DNA of 42,203 bases, taken from NCBI GenBank assembly GCA_902796445.1, contig CADBPJ010000010.1:1-42203 (forward strand). Direction: 5' to 3'. A model generated the notes under the pieces. The model saw only the letters and a list, made by a program, of their open reading frames with translations. It did not search any database and was not told where the DNA came from. Made by a program: the position numbers and the translations under genes. Origin of the DNA: an uncultured Ruminococcus sp. (GTDB lineage: Bacteria; Bacillota; Clostridia; UBA1381). Below, piece after piece: positions 25,892 through 34,640 of this stretch (the first letter of the stretch is position 1; every line of letters starts with the position of its first letter).

Positions 25892-25927
25892 ATAACTAAA
25901 ATTACATTGACATATGATTTTAGTTAT
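25892..25927. promoter_or_regulatory. Perfect 11-bp inverted repeat (candidate operator) bracketing the -35 box of promoter P1
   Basis: ATAACTAAAAT (25892-25902), 14 nt, ATTTTAGTTAT (25917-25927). The TTGACA box at 25907-25912 lies in the centre. Confidence 0.45.
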
Positions 25928-25935
25928 GGTATAAA
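25907..25935 (+). promoter_or_regulatory. Promoter P1 of the amino-sugar operon
   Basis: TTGACA (25907-25912), 17-nt spacer, TATAAA (25930-25935), with TGg upstream of the -10. Confidence 0.5.
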
Positions 25936-25949
25936 TAATTATTGAATAC

Positions 25950-25978
25950 TTGACATATTTTATATAATTTGTTAGAAT
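25950..25978 (+). promoter_or_regulatory. Promoter P2 of the amino-sugar operon
   Basis: TTGACA (25950-25955), 17-nt spacer, TAGAAT (25973-25978), with TGt (extended -10). Confidence 0.5.
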
Positions 25979-26011
25979 ATATATGTAATTATATTGTGAG
26001 GAGTCGATTTT

Positions 26012-26851
26012 ATGAACACAGAGTTACTTATTATGGCAGCAGGTATGGGCAGCAGATTTGGCGGCTTAAAGCAGATAGAGCCTATAGGCCCAAACGGAGA
26101 AATAATACTTGATTTTTCTATCTATGATGCAGTTGAGGCAGGCTTTAATAAGGCGATCTTTATTATTAAAAAAGAAATAGAAAAAGAATTTCGTCAGGTT
26201 GTCGGTAAGCGTATTGAAAAGATGATAGATGTAGAATATGCATTTCAGGAGCTTGATAAGCTTCCTGAGGGTTACGAGGTCCCCTCTGATAGAGTGAAGC
26301 CCTGGGGAACAGCACACGCAGTTTTATGTGCAAGAGATGTTGTAAAATCACCGTTTGCCGTAATCAATGCAGATGATTTTTATGGTAAGTCATCTTACAA
26401 AATTATTCATGATGAGCTTATACAGAGCAACGGAATGTGTATGGTAGGTTATGAGTTAGGTAACACAATAACAGAAAACGGTACGGTTTCAAGAGGTGTA
26501 TGTGAACTTGAAAACGGTTATTTAAAGAGTGTTACGGAACATACGGCACTTGATAAAAATTCAGGTATTCCGCTTGACAGTATCGTTTCAATGAATATGT
26601 GGGGACTTGATCCTGATATATTCCCATTTATGGAAAATGAGTTCAAGCTTTTCCTTAACGAGAAAATAAATGTACCTAAATCGGAATGTTATCTTCCGTC
26701 TGTTATCAGTAAGAGAATAGAGATAGAAAATATGCCTGTTAAGGTTCTTAAAACAGCGGAAAAGTGGTATGGTGTTACATATCGTGAGGATATGGACTCG
26801 GTACGAGAGGCTATGTCAAAATTTATAAATGAGGGATTATATAAGCTATGA
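26012..26851 (+). CDS. Sugar-1-phosphate nucleotidyltransferase (predicted HexNAc-1-P uridylyltransferase)
   Basis: N-terminal LIMAAGMGSRFGGLKQ contains the GXG(S/T)R nucleotidyltransferase signature. Also KPWGTAHAV and VINADDFYG. Translationally coupled (ATGA overlap) to the downstream kinase gene. Confidence 0.75.
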   Translation: MNTELLIMAAGMGSRFGGLKQIEPIGPNGEIILDFSIYDAVEAGFNKAIFIIKKEIEKEFRQVVGKRIEKMIDVEYAFQELDKLPEGYEVPSDRVKPWGTAHAVLCARDVVKSPFAVINADDFYGKSSYKIIHDELIQSNGMCMVGYELGNTITENGTVSRGVCELENGYLKSVTEHTALDKNSGIPLDSIVSMNMWGLDPDIFPFMENEFKLFLNEKINVPKSECYLPSVISKRIEIENMPVKVLKTAEKWYGVTYREDMDSVREAMSKFINEGLYKL

Positions 26852-27921
26852 ATGAAATGAATTTACAGAATGTTTTGAATGCTTTTAATATAAAGCACAA
26901 TATTGCACCCTATGGAAACGGACATATAAATGACACCTTTTGCAGTGACCCGACAAAATACATAATCCAGAGGATTAACACGAAAATATTCACAAATCCT
27001 GATGAGCTGATGGAGAATATTGAAAACGTTACATTATTTTTAAAAGAAAAAATAGTTGCTCTCGGCGGTGATCCTGATCGTGAAACTCTGACTGTTATAA
27101 AAACTATTGATGGTGAAAATTGTTATAAATATAATGATGATTATGTGTACAGAGTGTATACGTTCATAGATAACACAAAAACAGTTGAAAACGATAAAAC
27201 AGTTGAAGATTTATACAATGCGGGAAAGGGATTTGGTAAATTTCAGCAGATGCTTGCGGATTTCCCTGTAGAAAAGCTGCACGAAACGATAAAGGATTTT
27301 CATAACACTCCAAAACGTGTAGAAGCTCTCAAGACGGCAATAGCCGAGGATAAGGCAGGCAGAGTGAAGTCTGTACAGAGCGAAATAGAATTTGCACTCA
27401 AGAATGCGGAATTTGCATCAATGGTTGTAGATTTAATGGCAAAGGGTGAGGTTTTGCCTCGTGTAACTCATAACGATACAAAGATAAATAATATACTTTT
27501 TGATAATGAAACAGGCGAGGCAATAGCGGTAATTGATCTTGATACGGTTATGCCCGGAAGTATGTTATATGATTTTGGCGATGCGTTAAGAATGGGTGCA
27601 TCAACAGGTGCTGAGGACGAAACAGATCTTGGCAAGGTATCGGTAGACAGAGAGTGCTTCAAGTTCTTTGCCAAGGGATATTTAGAGGAAACAAAAGACG
27701 TACTTACACCTATGGAGATAGAATTATTACCATTTTCGATGAAGCTTATGACATACGAGTGCGGAATACGCTTTTTAACAGATTACTTAAATGGTGATAC
27801 GTATTTCAAAATCCACAGGGAGCATCACAATCTTGACCGAGCAAGAAATCAATTCAAGCTGGTCGCAGAACTAAATGAAATAGAGGACGAGTTGAAAGCA
27901 GTTGTAAAATCATTGCTATGA
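26848..27921 (+). CDS. nahK: Anomeric N-acetylhexosamine 1-kinase (NahK/AmgK-like, APH fold)
   Basis: PYGNGHINDTF, RVTHNDTKINNILF (HxDxxxxN catalytic loop) and VIDLDTVMPGSMLYDFGD (DxD metal site). Length is 357 aa. Overall similarity to my recollection of Bifidobacterium longum NahK. Confidence 0.75.
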   Translation: MNEMNLQNVLNAFNIKHNIAPYGNGHINDTFCSDPTKYIIQRINTKIFTNPDELMENIENVTLFLKEKIVALGGDPDRETLTVIKTIDGENCYKYNDDYVYRVYTFIDNTKTVENDKTVEDLYNAGKGFGKFQQMLADFPVEKLHETIKDFHNTPKRVEALKTAIAEDKAGRVKSVQSEIEFALKNAEFASMVVDLMAKGEVLPRVTHNDTKINNILFDNETGEAIAVIDLDTVMPGSMLYDFGDALRMGASTGAEDETDLGKVSVDRECFKFFAKGYLEETKDVLTPMEIELLPFSMKLMTYECGIRFLTDYLNGDTYFKIHREHHNLDRARNQFKLVAELNEIEDELKAVVKSLL

Positions 27922-27935
27922 AAGGATAGGCTGAT

Positions 27936-29531
27936 ATGAGAGTTATACTATGTGAGAATTACGATGAAATGTCTGAAAAAGCCGCAGGTATGTTTGCGGC
28001 ACAAATAACTTTAAAACCCGAAAGTGTATTGGGTCTTGCAACAGGCTCAACGCCTGTGGGAATGTATAAAAGACTGATTGAAATGAATAAATCAGGCACA
28101 GTTGATTTTTCGGGTGTTACAACTTTTAATCTTGATGAGTATTATCCGATAAAACGTGATAACAATCAAAGCTATTTTACATTTATGAAGGATAATCTGT
28201 TCTCTCATATTAATATCGACCTTAAAAAAACACATATTCCTAACGGCGAGACAAAAAATCCCGTAAAGGAATGTGAACAATACGAAAAAATGATACGTCA
28301 GGCAGGCGGAGTAGACCTACAGATATTAGGTATAGGTCAGAACGGACACATAGGCTTTAACGAGCCTGATGCAAGTCTGAACTCATTTACTCACCTTACT
28401 TCTCTTACAGACAGCACAATCAAGGCTAACGCACGTTTCTTTGAATCGGCAAATGAGGTACCAAAACAAGCAATCACAATGGGTATTGCAACAATAATGA
28501 GTGCAAAGAAAATAATTCTTCTCGCAAGCGGTGCGAGCAAGAGCCGCGTGGTTGCAGAGCTTTTAAATGACGGAATTAACACATCAATACCCGCAACCTT
28601 GCTCAAAACTCATCCTGATGTTGTTCTTATATGTGATAAGGATGCATACCTTGGTGCAAAGCTTGGCGTTGATATAGGCGGTACAAATATAAAATTTGCT
28701 GTAGTCGAGGGCGAGAATGTAAAGTATAAGGCTTGCGTTGACACTCCCAAAACAACAGATGAGATTATTGACACTATTGTCAAAGAGACTAAAAAGCTTA
28801 AGAAAGAGTATAAGATAAAGGCAATCGGTATTGGTACACCGGGTGTAATAAGTGGGGGTACTGTAACGGCAACTAATCTGCCTTTTAAAGACTTAGCCCT
28901 TGATGTTGAGGTTGCTCAGCGTACAGATTTACCTACGAATATGGATAATGATGCAAACTGTGCCGCACTTGGCGAGGTTATATTCGGAAACACAACTGAT
29001 TGTGATAACATTGTACTTGTAACACTTGGTACAGGTGTAGGCGGCGGTGTGATTGTAAATCGTCAGATAATGGCATCAAATAAAAGTGCGGGCGAAATCG
29101 GACATATTATTATTGATATGAAAGACGGCAGAGAATGTGCGTGCGGCGAAAAGGGTTGTTGGGAGCAGTATGCTTCTATATCCGCATTTGTTAAAGATGC
29201 AGTTCATGCGGCAAATGCAAACCCTGACAGTGTTCTTAACAAGATATATGAGCGTGAGGGCAGACTAAGCGGCAGACTTATATTTGAGGCGCTTAATGAG
29301 AAGTGCCCTGTTGCAGAGGAGGTATTTGACCAATATCTTGAGTATTTAGCGGTAGGTATAAAAAGCATCGCAATGGCATTCGGACCTGATGCAATCGTTC
29401 TTGCAGGAGGAATTACAAAAGAGGGGGATAAGCTCATAAAACCGCTTAGAAAGAAATTACCAAAGGATTTAAGAATTGAGGTTTCAACACTGCAAAGTGA
29501 TGCAGGTTCTCTTGGAGCGGCAATGCTATGA
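27936..29531 (+). CDS. nagB: Fusion protein: glucosamine-6-phosphate deaminase (NagB, about aa 1-245) plus ROK-family sugar kinase (about aa 246-531)
   Basis: NagB part: LGLATGSTPVGMY, FNLDEYY and LGIGQNGHIGFNEP. ROK part: LGVDIGGTNIKFAVV, DNDANCAALGE, LGTGVGGG and the zinc motif GHIIID....CACGEKGCWEQY. It is a single uninterrupted 531-codon ORF. Confidence 0.85.
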   Translation: MRVILCENYDEMSEKAAGMFAAQITLKPESVLGLATGSTPVGMYKRLIEMNKSGTVDFSGVTTFNLDEYYPIKRDNNQSYFTFMKDNLFSHINIDLKKTHIPNGETKNPVKECEQYEKMIRQAGGVDLQILGIGQNGHIGFNEPDASLNSFTHLTSLTDSTIKANARFFESANEVPKQAITMGIATIMSAKKIILLASGASKSRVVAELLNDGINTSIPATLLKTHPDVVLICDKDAYLGAKLGVDIGGTNIKFAVVEGENVKYKACVDTPKTTDEIIDTIVKETKKLKKEYKIKAIGIGTPGVISGGTVTATNLPFKDLALDVEVAQRTDLPTNMDNDANCAALGEVIFGNTTDCDNIVLVTLGTGVGGGVIVNRQIMASNKSAGEIGHIIIDMKDGRECACGEKGCWEQYASISAFVKDAVHAANANPDSVLNKIYEREGRLSGRLIFEALNEKCPVAEEVFDQYLEYLAVGIKSIAMAFGPDAIVLAGGITKEGDKLIKPLRKKLPKDLRIEVSTLQSDAGSLGAAML

Positions 29532-30589
29532 TATACAAGAATGCAGATATTAACGGAGTCCTTACAGATATTGAGGTTGAGGACGGAAAAATAAAATATA
29601 TAGGTAAGCTTAGTGCAGACGGATTTGATTTGTGTCAAAATCGTGTATTTCCGGGACTTTGTGATACACATTCTCATGGCATGATAGGTTATGATACGAT
29701 GGATGGTGACGGACTTATAAAAATGTCACAGTACCTTGCCAAAAACGGCGTAACCTCATGGCTCCCTACAACCATGACAATGGATATGGATACCATAAAA
29801 GCTGTAGTGAATAACAATATGCCAAAAACGGGCGGTGCACAGATTTTAGGCTTTCATATGGAGGGACCGTATATCTCACCAAAGCATAAGGGTGCACAGA
29901 ATGAAAAATTCATTAAGTGTCCCGACACAGATGAGTTCAACTCATTAAAGCATATAAAAAAGATTACCATAGCACCTGAGCTTAGCGGTAGTATGGAGTT
30001 TATAAGAAACTGCGATGCGGTCGTTTCGTTAGGTCATACAGATGCGGATTATGAATGTGCATCAGAAGCCTTTAGAAACGGTGCAAGGTGCCTTACTCAT
30101 ACATTTAATGCTATGATGCCACTGCATCACAGAAACCCGGGACCTATAGGTGCGGCAATAGATAATGACGGATATGTTGAGGTAATATGCGACGGATTGC
30201 ATATTCATAAAAGTGTTATAAAAATGCTTTACAGAACGTTTGGTCGAGACCGAATGATTTTAATCAGTGATTCTATGCGTGCAACGGGTTTGGTCGATGG
30301 GGAGTACGAGTTCGGCGGTCAGATGATAACCGTAAAGGACTCTGTGGCACGAACGCAGGAGGGTGCGATTGCCGGCAGTACCACAAATCTCATGGGATGT
30401 GTAAGAAAAGCCATAGAGTTCGGTATACCGATAGATGACGCATTTAAAATGGCATCAAAAACCCCTGCAACGCTTATAGGCGTAAACAAGGGTAGGTTGG
30501 AAGTTGGATATGATGCGGATTTTATAGCAGTAGATGATAAGCTGAACGTAGTACATACAGTGATTATGGGCGAGTTAATCAAAGTGTGA
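29528..30589 (+). CDS. nagA: N-acetylglucosamine-6-phosphate deacetylase
   Basis: FPGLCDTHSHG, GFHMEGPYIS, LGHTDA, THTFNAM and LISDSM are amidohydrolase NagA motifs. ATGA overlap with the upstream gene. Confidence 0.9.
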   Translation: MIYKNADINGVLTDIEVEDGKIKYIGKLSADGFDLCQNRVFPGLCDTHSHGMIGYDTMDGDGLIKMSQYLAKNGVTSWLPTTMTMDMDTIKAVVNNNMPKTGGAQILGFHMEGPYISPKHKGAQNEKFIKCPDTDEFNSLKHIKKITIAPELSGSMEFIRNCDAVVSLGHTDADYECASEAFRNGARCLTHTFNAMMPLHHRNPGPIGAAIDNDGYVEVICDGLHIHKSVIKMLYRTFGRDRMILISDSMRATGLVDGEYEFGGQMITVKDSVARTQEGAIAGSTTNLMGCVRKAIEFGIPIDDAFKMASKTPATLIGVNKGRLEVGYDADFIAVDDKLNVVHTVIMGELIKV

Positions 30590-30797
30590 AATCCTCGGCT
30601 GAAAAACTCGTTTTAAATCTACGTTTTCTGCGTACGACTTTTTTGAAAATATCATACTTGAATTTTTTACAGTCATTCTTTGTAATGGCTGTATTTTTCT
30701 TGTATAGCTCACAATACATTTCGTCTTCATTTTCGGGTATGGGCTTTGCATTAACGCACAATGCGCAAACCTTGTTTATATCTTCGCTGTAAATCAT
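30579..30797 (-). CDS. Small Cys-containing, Lys/Arg-rich hypothetical protein (72 aa)
   Basis: Good RBS (AAGGGGG 7 nt before the ATG). Cysteines occur in the pattern C-x2-C-x14-C-x13-C (CALC ... C ... C), with a basic tail KKVVRRKRRFK. The 3' end overlaps the nagA 3' end by 11 nt. I do not recognise a family. Confidence 0.5.
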   Translation of the reverse strand: MIYSEDINKVCALCVNAKPIPENEDEMYCELYKKNTAITKNDCKKFKYDIFKKVVRRKRRFKTSFSAEDFTL

Positions 30798-30898
30798 AAT
30801 ATGCCCCCTTTATTATACAAATAAATGCTGAAAAATGGTGTTTATATGGTTATTTTAGCATAAATATTGATATTAGTAAAGAACTTTTAAAATTTTTC

Positions 30899-30927
30899 TT
30901 GATTTTACGGATATTTTGGTATATAAT
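30899..30927 (+). promoter_or_regulatory. Candidate sigma-A promoter of purC-purB-purA
   Basis: TTGATT (30899-30904), 17-nt spacer, TATAAT (30922-30927). An 8-bp leader hairpin GGCGTATT/AATACGTC follows at 30934-30958. Confidence 0.45.
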
Positions 30928-31001
30928 ATATGTGGCGTATTGTTTCTAAAATACGTCAATATATTTGAATGAATTATATTAACTGAAAGGAATTGTTTCA
31001 A

Positions 31002-31712
31002 ATGGAAAAGAAAGAACTACTCTATGAAGGCAAGGCTAAAAAAGTTTATACTACAGAGGATGAAAATCTTTACATAGTAGATTATAAAGATGATGCCACA
31101 GCGTTTAACGGTAAGAAAAAAGGTACTATCGCAGGTAAGGGCGTTATCAATAACAGAATGTCTAACTACTTAATGGCACAGATGGAAAAGGAAGGTATTC
31201 CTACACATTTTGTAGAGGAGCTTTCGGAACGTGAAACAGTTGTAAGAAAGGTTAAGATTGTACCGCTTGAGGTAATTATAAGAAATATTGCGGCAGGCAG
31301 TTTCTCAAAGCGTTTTGGCGTAGAAGAGGGAACAGTGCTTAAGAATGCTACATTGGAGTATTGTTTAAAGGACGATGCACTTGATGATCCGATGATAAAC
31401 GATTATCATATCACAGCTATCGGTGCTGCAACAAAAGAGGATCTTGACACTATTTCAGATTTGACATTTAAAATAAATGATTTCTTAAAATCATACTTTG
31501 CAAAGGTGAATATAGAGCTTGTAGATTTCAAGATAGAGTTCGGTAAGACTCCCGACGGCAAGATTATATTGGCTGATGAGATTTCCCCCGACACATGCCG
31601 TCTATGGGATGCAACAACTCATGCAAAGCTTGACAAGGACAGATTCCGTCGTGACCTTGGCGATGTAGAGGAAGCATACATAGAAGTAGCGAAAAGGATA
31701 GGTTTAGTGTAA
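31002..31712 (+). CDS. purC: Phosphoribosylaminoimidazole-succinocarboxamide synthase (SAICAR synthetase)
   Basis: [24 protein letters not shown] and [15 protein letters not shown]. Start at ATG 31002. Confidence 0.93.
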   Translation: MEKKELLYEGKAKKVYTTEDENLYIVDYKDDATAFNGKKKGTIAGKGVINNRMSNYLMAQMEKEGIPTHFVEELSERETVVRKVKIVPLEVIIRNIAAGSFSKRFGVEEGTVLKNATLEYCLKDDALDDPMINDYHITAIGAATKEDLDTISDLTFKINDFLKSYFAKVNIELVDFKIEFGKTPDGKIILADEISPDTCRLWDATTHAKLDKDRFRRDLGDVEEAYIEVAKRIGLV

Positions 31713-31782
31713 GAAAAATCTCGTTGCATCTTGCACGTTAAATACAGATATATTGTAATATAATTCAATAAGGAGATATACT

Positions 31783-33213
31783 ATGACAGACACTTACGAG
31801 AGTCCTTTAAATTCCAGATATGCATCAAAAGAGATGCAGTATATATTCTCTCCTGATAAGAAGTTCTCCACATGGCGTAAGCTGTGGATTGCGCTTGCAG
31901 AGAGTGAGAAGGAGCTTGGACTTAATATAACAGACGAACAGATTGCCCAGATGAAGGAGCATATCTATGATATAAACTATGATGTTGCAAAGGCGCGTGA
32001 AAAAGAGGTACGTCACGATGTAATGTCACACGTTTATGCATACGGAGTGCAGTGCCCTGCGGCAAAGCCTATAATCCATCTTGGTGCAACAAGCTGTTAT
32101 GTTGGTGATAACACAGATATTATCATAATGACAGAGGCTATGCAGCTTGTAAAGAAAAAGCTTGTATGCCTTATATCGGAGCTTTCAAAGTTTGCAAAGG
32201 AGTACAAGGATTTGCCTTGCCTTGCGTTCACGCATTTTCAGCCTGCACAGCCGACAACTGTCGGTAAACGTGCTACGTTATGGCTTGAGGACCTGGTAAT
32301 GGACCTTGAGGACGTAAATTATCAGTTGTCAAAAGCAAAGCTTTTAGGCTGTAAGGGCACAACAGGTACACAGGCAAGCTTTATGGAGCTGTTTGATGGT
32401 GACCATAACAAGTGTAAGGAGCTTGACAAGAAGATAGCTGCTAAAATGGGATATGAAACAACCTTTGCAGTAAGCGGTCAGACATATCCGAGAAAGCTTG
32501 ATTCTCAGATGTTAAATGTCCTCAGCTCAATCGCACAGAGTGCATATAAATTCTCAAACGATATACGATTGCTACAGCATTTAAAGCAGATTGAAGAGCC
32601 GTTTGAAAAATCACAGATAGGCTCATCTGCAATGGCATATAAGCGTAACCCGATGCGTAGCGAGAGAATAGGCTCACTTGCAAGATACGTTATCGTAGAT
32701 GCACTAAACCCTGCAATAACAGCATCAACACAGTGGTTTGAAAGAACACTTGATGACAGTGCCAATAAGCGTATCAGTGTCCCTGAAGCATTTTTGGCAG
32801 TAGATGCTATTTTGAACCTGTACATCAACGTTGTTGATGGTCTTGTTGTGTATGACAAGGTTATAACAAAGCAGTTTATGTCAGAAATTCCGTTTATGGC
32901 AACCGAGAACATAATGATGGATGCTGTTAAAAAAGGCGGCGATCGTCAGGAGCTTCACGAGAAAATACGTCAGTATTCAATGGAGGCAGGTAAGAATGTA
33001 AAGGTTGAGGGAAAAGAAAACAACCTTGCAGAGCTTATCGCAAACGATAAGGCGTTCGGACTTTCAATAGAGGAAATCAATGCCGTAATGAAGCCTGAAA
33101 ACTTTGTAGGACGTTCACCGCAACAGGTAGAGGATTTCTTGAAAGACGTGATAGCACCTATCTTAGAAGAAAACAAGGACCTTCTCGGAATAGAAGTAGA
33201 AATAAATGTTTGA
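31783..33213 (+). CDS. purB: Adenylosuccinate lyase
   Basis: PLNSRYASKEM start and the fumarate-lyase signature GSSAMAYKRNPMRSE. 476 aa. Confidence 0.95.
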   Translation: MTDTYESPLNSRYASKEMQYIFSPDKKFSTWRKLWIALAESEKELGLNITDEQIAQMKEHIYDINYDVAKAREKEVRHDVMSHVYAYGVQCPAAKPIIHLGATSCYVGDNTDIIIMTEAMQLVKKKLVCLISELSKFAKEYKDLPCLAFTHFQPAQPTTVGKRATLWLEDLVMDLEDVNYQLSKAKLLGCKGTTGTQASFMELFDGDHNKCKELDKKIAAKMGYETTFAVSGQTYPRKLDSQMLNVLSSIAQSAYKFSNDIRLLQHLKQIEEPFEKSQIGSSAMAYKRNPMRSERIGSLARYVIVDALNPAITASTQWFERTLDDSANKRISVPEAFLAVDAILNLYINVVDGLVVYDKVITKQFMSEIPFMATENIMMDAVKKGGDRQELHEKIRQYSMEAGKNVKVEGKENNLAELIANDKAFGLSIEEINAVMKPENFVGRSPQQVEDFLKDVIAPILEENKDLLGIEVEINV

Positions 33214-33237
33214 TTAGGCGAAAGGGGTAACATAAAA

Positions 33238-34512
33238 ATGGTAAAAGCAGTAGTAGGAGCTTGCTGGGGTGACGAAGGTAAGGGAAAGATTACCGATATG
33301 CTTGCAGCAGATGCTGACATTGTTGTACGTTTTCAGGGCGGAGCAAATGCAGGACATACAATCGTAAATGACTACGGTAAGTTTGCATTGCATCTATTAC
33401 CTTCAGGATCATTCAATCAGAACGTTACAAATGTGATAGGCAATGGTGTTGCGCTTGATATAGAACAGCTTGTCAATGAAATTGAAGAGGTTGTATCAAA
33501 GGGTGTGCCTCGTCCGAACATTGTAGTATCGGAGCGTGCGCAGGTACTTATGCCGTATCACAGACTGTTTGATTCATACGAAGAAGAAAGACTTTCAGAC
33601 CGCCAGTTCGGCTCAACAAAATCAGGTATTGCACCATTCTTCTCGGATAAGTTCTCAAAGATTGGTTTTCAGGTTTGGGAATTGTTTGAAGAGGACAGAC
33701 TAAGAGAAAAGATTAAAAACGTACTTGAGGTTAAGAACCTTATGCTTGAGCATATTTATCACAAGCCATTGCTTGATGCAGATGAGTTATACGCTACTTG
33801 CAAGCGTTATGCAGAGATGATAAAGCCGTACGTTATAGACTCTGTTAAGTTTATGCATGATGCGGTTAAGGAGGGCAAAACAATCCTATTGGAGGGTCAG
33901 CTCGGCTCACTTAAGGACCCTGATTTCGGTATCTATCCTATGACAACATCATCATCTACATTGGCAGGCTATGGTGCAATAGGAGCAGGTGTGCCACCAT
34001 ATGAGATTAAGGAGATTATAACAGTAGTTAAGGCATATTCATCAGCTGTCGGTGCGGGTGCGTTCGTATCTGAAATATTTGGCGATGAGGCAGACGAGCT
34101 AAGACGTCGCGGCGGTGACGGCGGTGAGTTTGGTGCAACAACAGGCAGACCAAGACGTATGGGTTGGTTTGACTGCGTAGCATCACGTTACGGTTGCCGT
34201 GTACAGGGTACAACAGCAGTTGCATTTACTGTACTTGATGTGTTGGGTTATCTTGATGAAATACCTGTATGCGTTGGCTACGAGGTAGACGGAGAGGTTA
34301 TACGTGATTTTCCGACAACAGGAAAGCTTGAAAAGGCAAAGCCTGTATTTAAGGTATTACCTGGTTGGAAGAGCGATATACGCGGTATTACAAAGTACGA
34401 GGATTTACCCGAGAACTGCCGTAACTACATCGAGTTTATCGAAAAAGAGCTTGAAGTTCCGATTAAGATAGTTTCTAACGGCCCTGCAAGACAGGATATA
34501 ATAATGAGATAA
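33238..34512 (+). CDS. purA: Adenylosuccinate synthetase
   Basis: VVGACWGDEGKGKITD P-loop, GGANAGHT, and GTTGRPRRMGWFD-like ATTGRPRRMGWFD. Confidence 0.96.
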   Translation: MVKAVVGACWGDEGKGKITDMLAADADIVVRFQGGANAGHTIVNDYGKFALHLLPSGSFNQNVTNVIGNGVALDIEQLVNEIEEVVSKGVPRPNIVVSERAQVLMPYHRLFDSYEEERLSDRQFGSTKSGIAPFFSDKFSKIGFQVWELFEEDRLREKIKNVLEVKNLMLEHIYHKPLLDADELYATCKRYAEMIKPYVIDSVKFMHDAVKEGKTILLEGQLGSLKDPDFGIYPMTTSSSTLAGYGAIGAGVPPYEIKEIITVVKAYSSAVGAGAFVSEIFGDEADELRRRGGDGGEFGATTGRPRRMGWFDCVASRYGCRVQGTTAVAFTVLDVLGYLDEIPVCVGYEVDGEVIRDFPTTGKLEKAKPVFKVLPGWKSDIRGITKYEDLPENCRNYIEFIEKELEVPIKIVSNGPARQDIIMR

Positions 34513-34543
34513 ACCTTATAATAATATAAATAAACGAGTATCA

Positions 34544-34586
34544 AAAATGCGTAAGTCCTGTTTGGTCTTACGCATTATTTTTTTTG
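34544..34586 (+). terminator. Intrinsic terminator of the pur operon
   Basis: AAAAATGCGTAAG (34544-34556) pairs with CTTACGCATT (34567-34576), followed by a 9-T run. Confidence 0.8.
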
Positions 34587-34640
34587 TGGCTTAAATTGCA
34601 CCGCCGAAAATTTCGGATACAAGGCGGGAAAGTGTCAATT

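Noticed and set aside
30798-31001. Search for a purine or ZTP riboswitch, or a PurBox, upstream of purC.
   Set aside because: The leader after the predicted promoter is only about 70 nt and contains one 8-bp hairpin. I could find none of the conserved purine-riboswitch junction sequences or ZTP (pfl) motifs.
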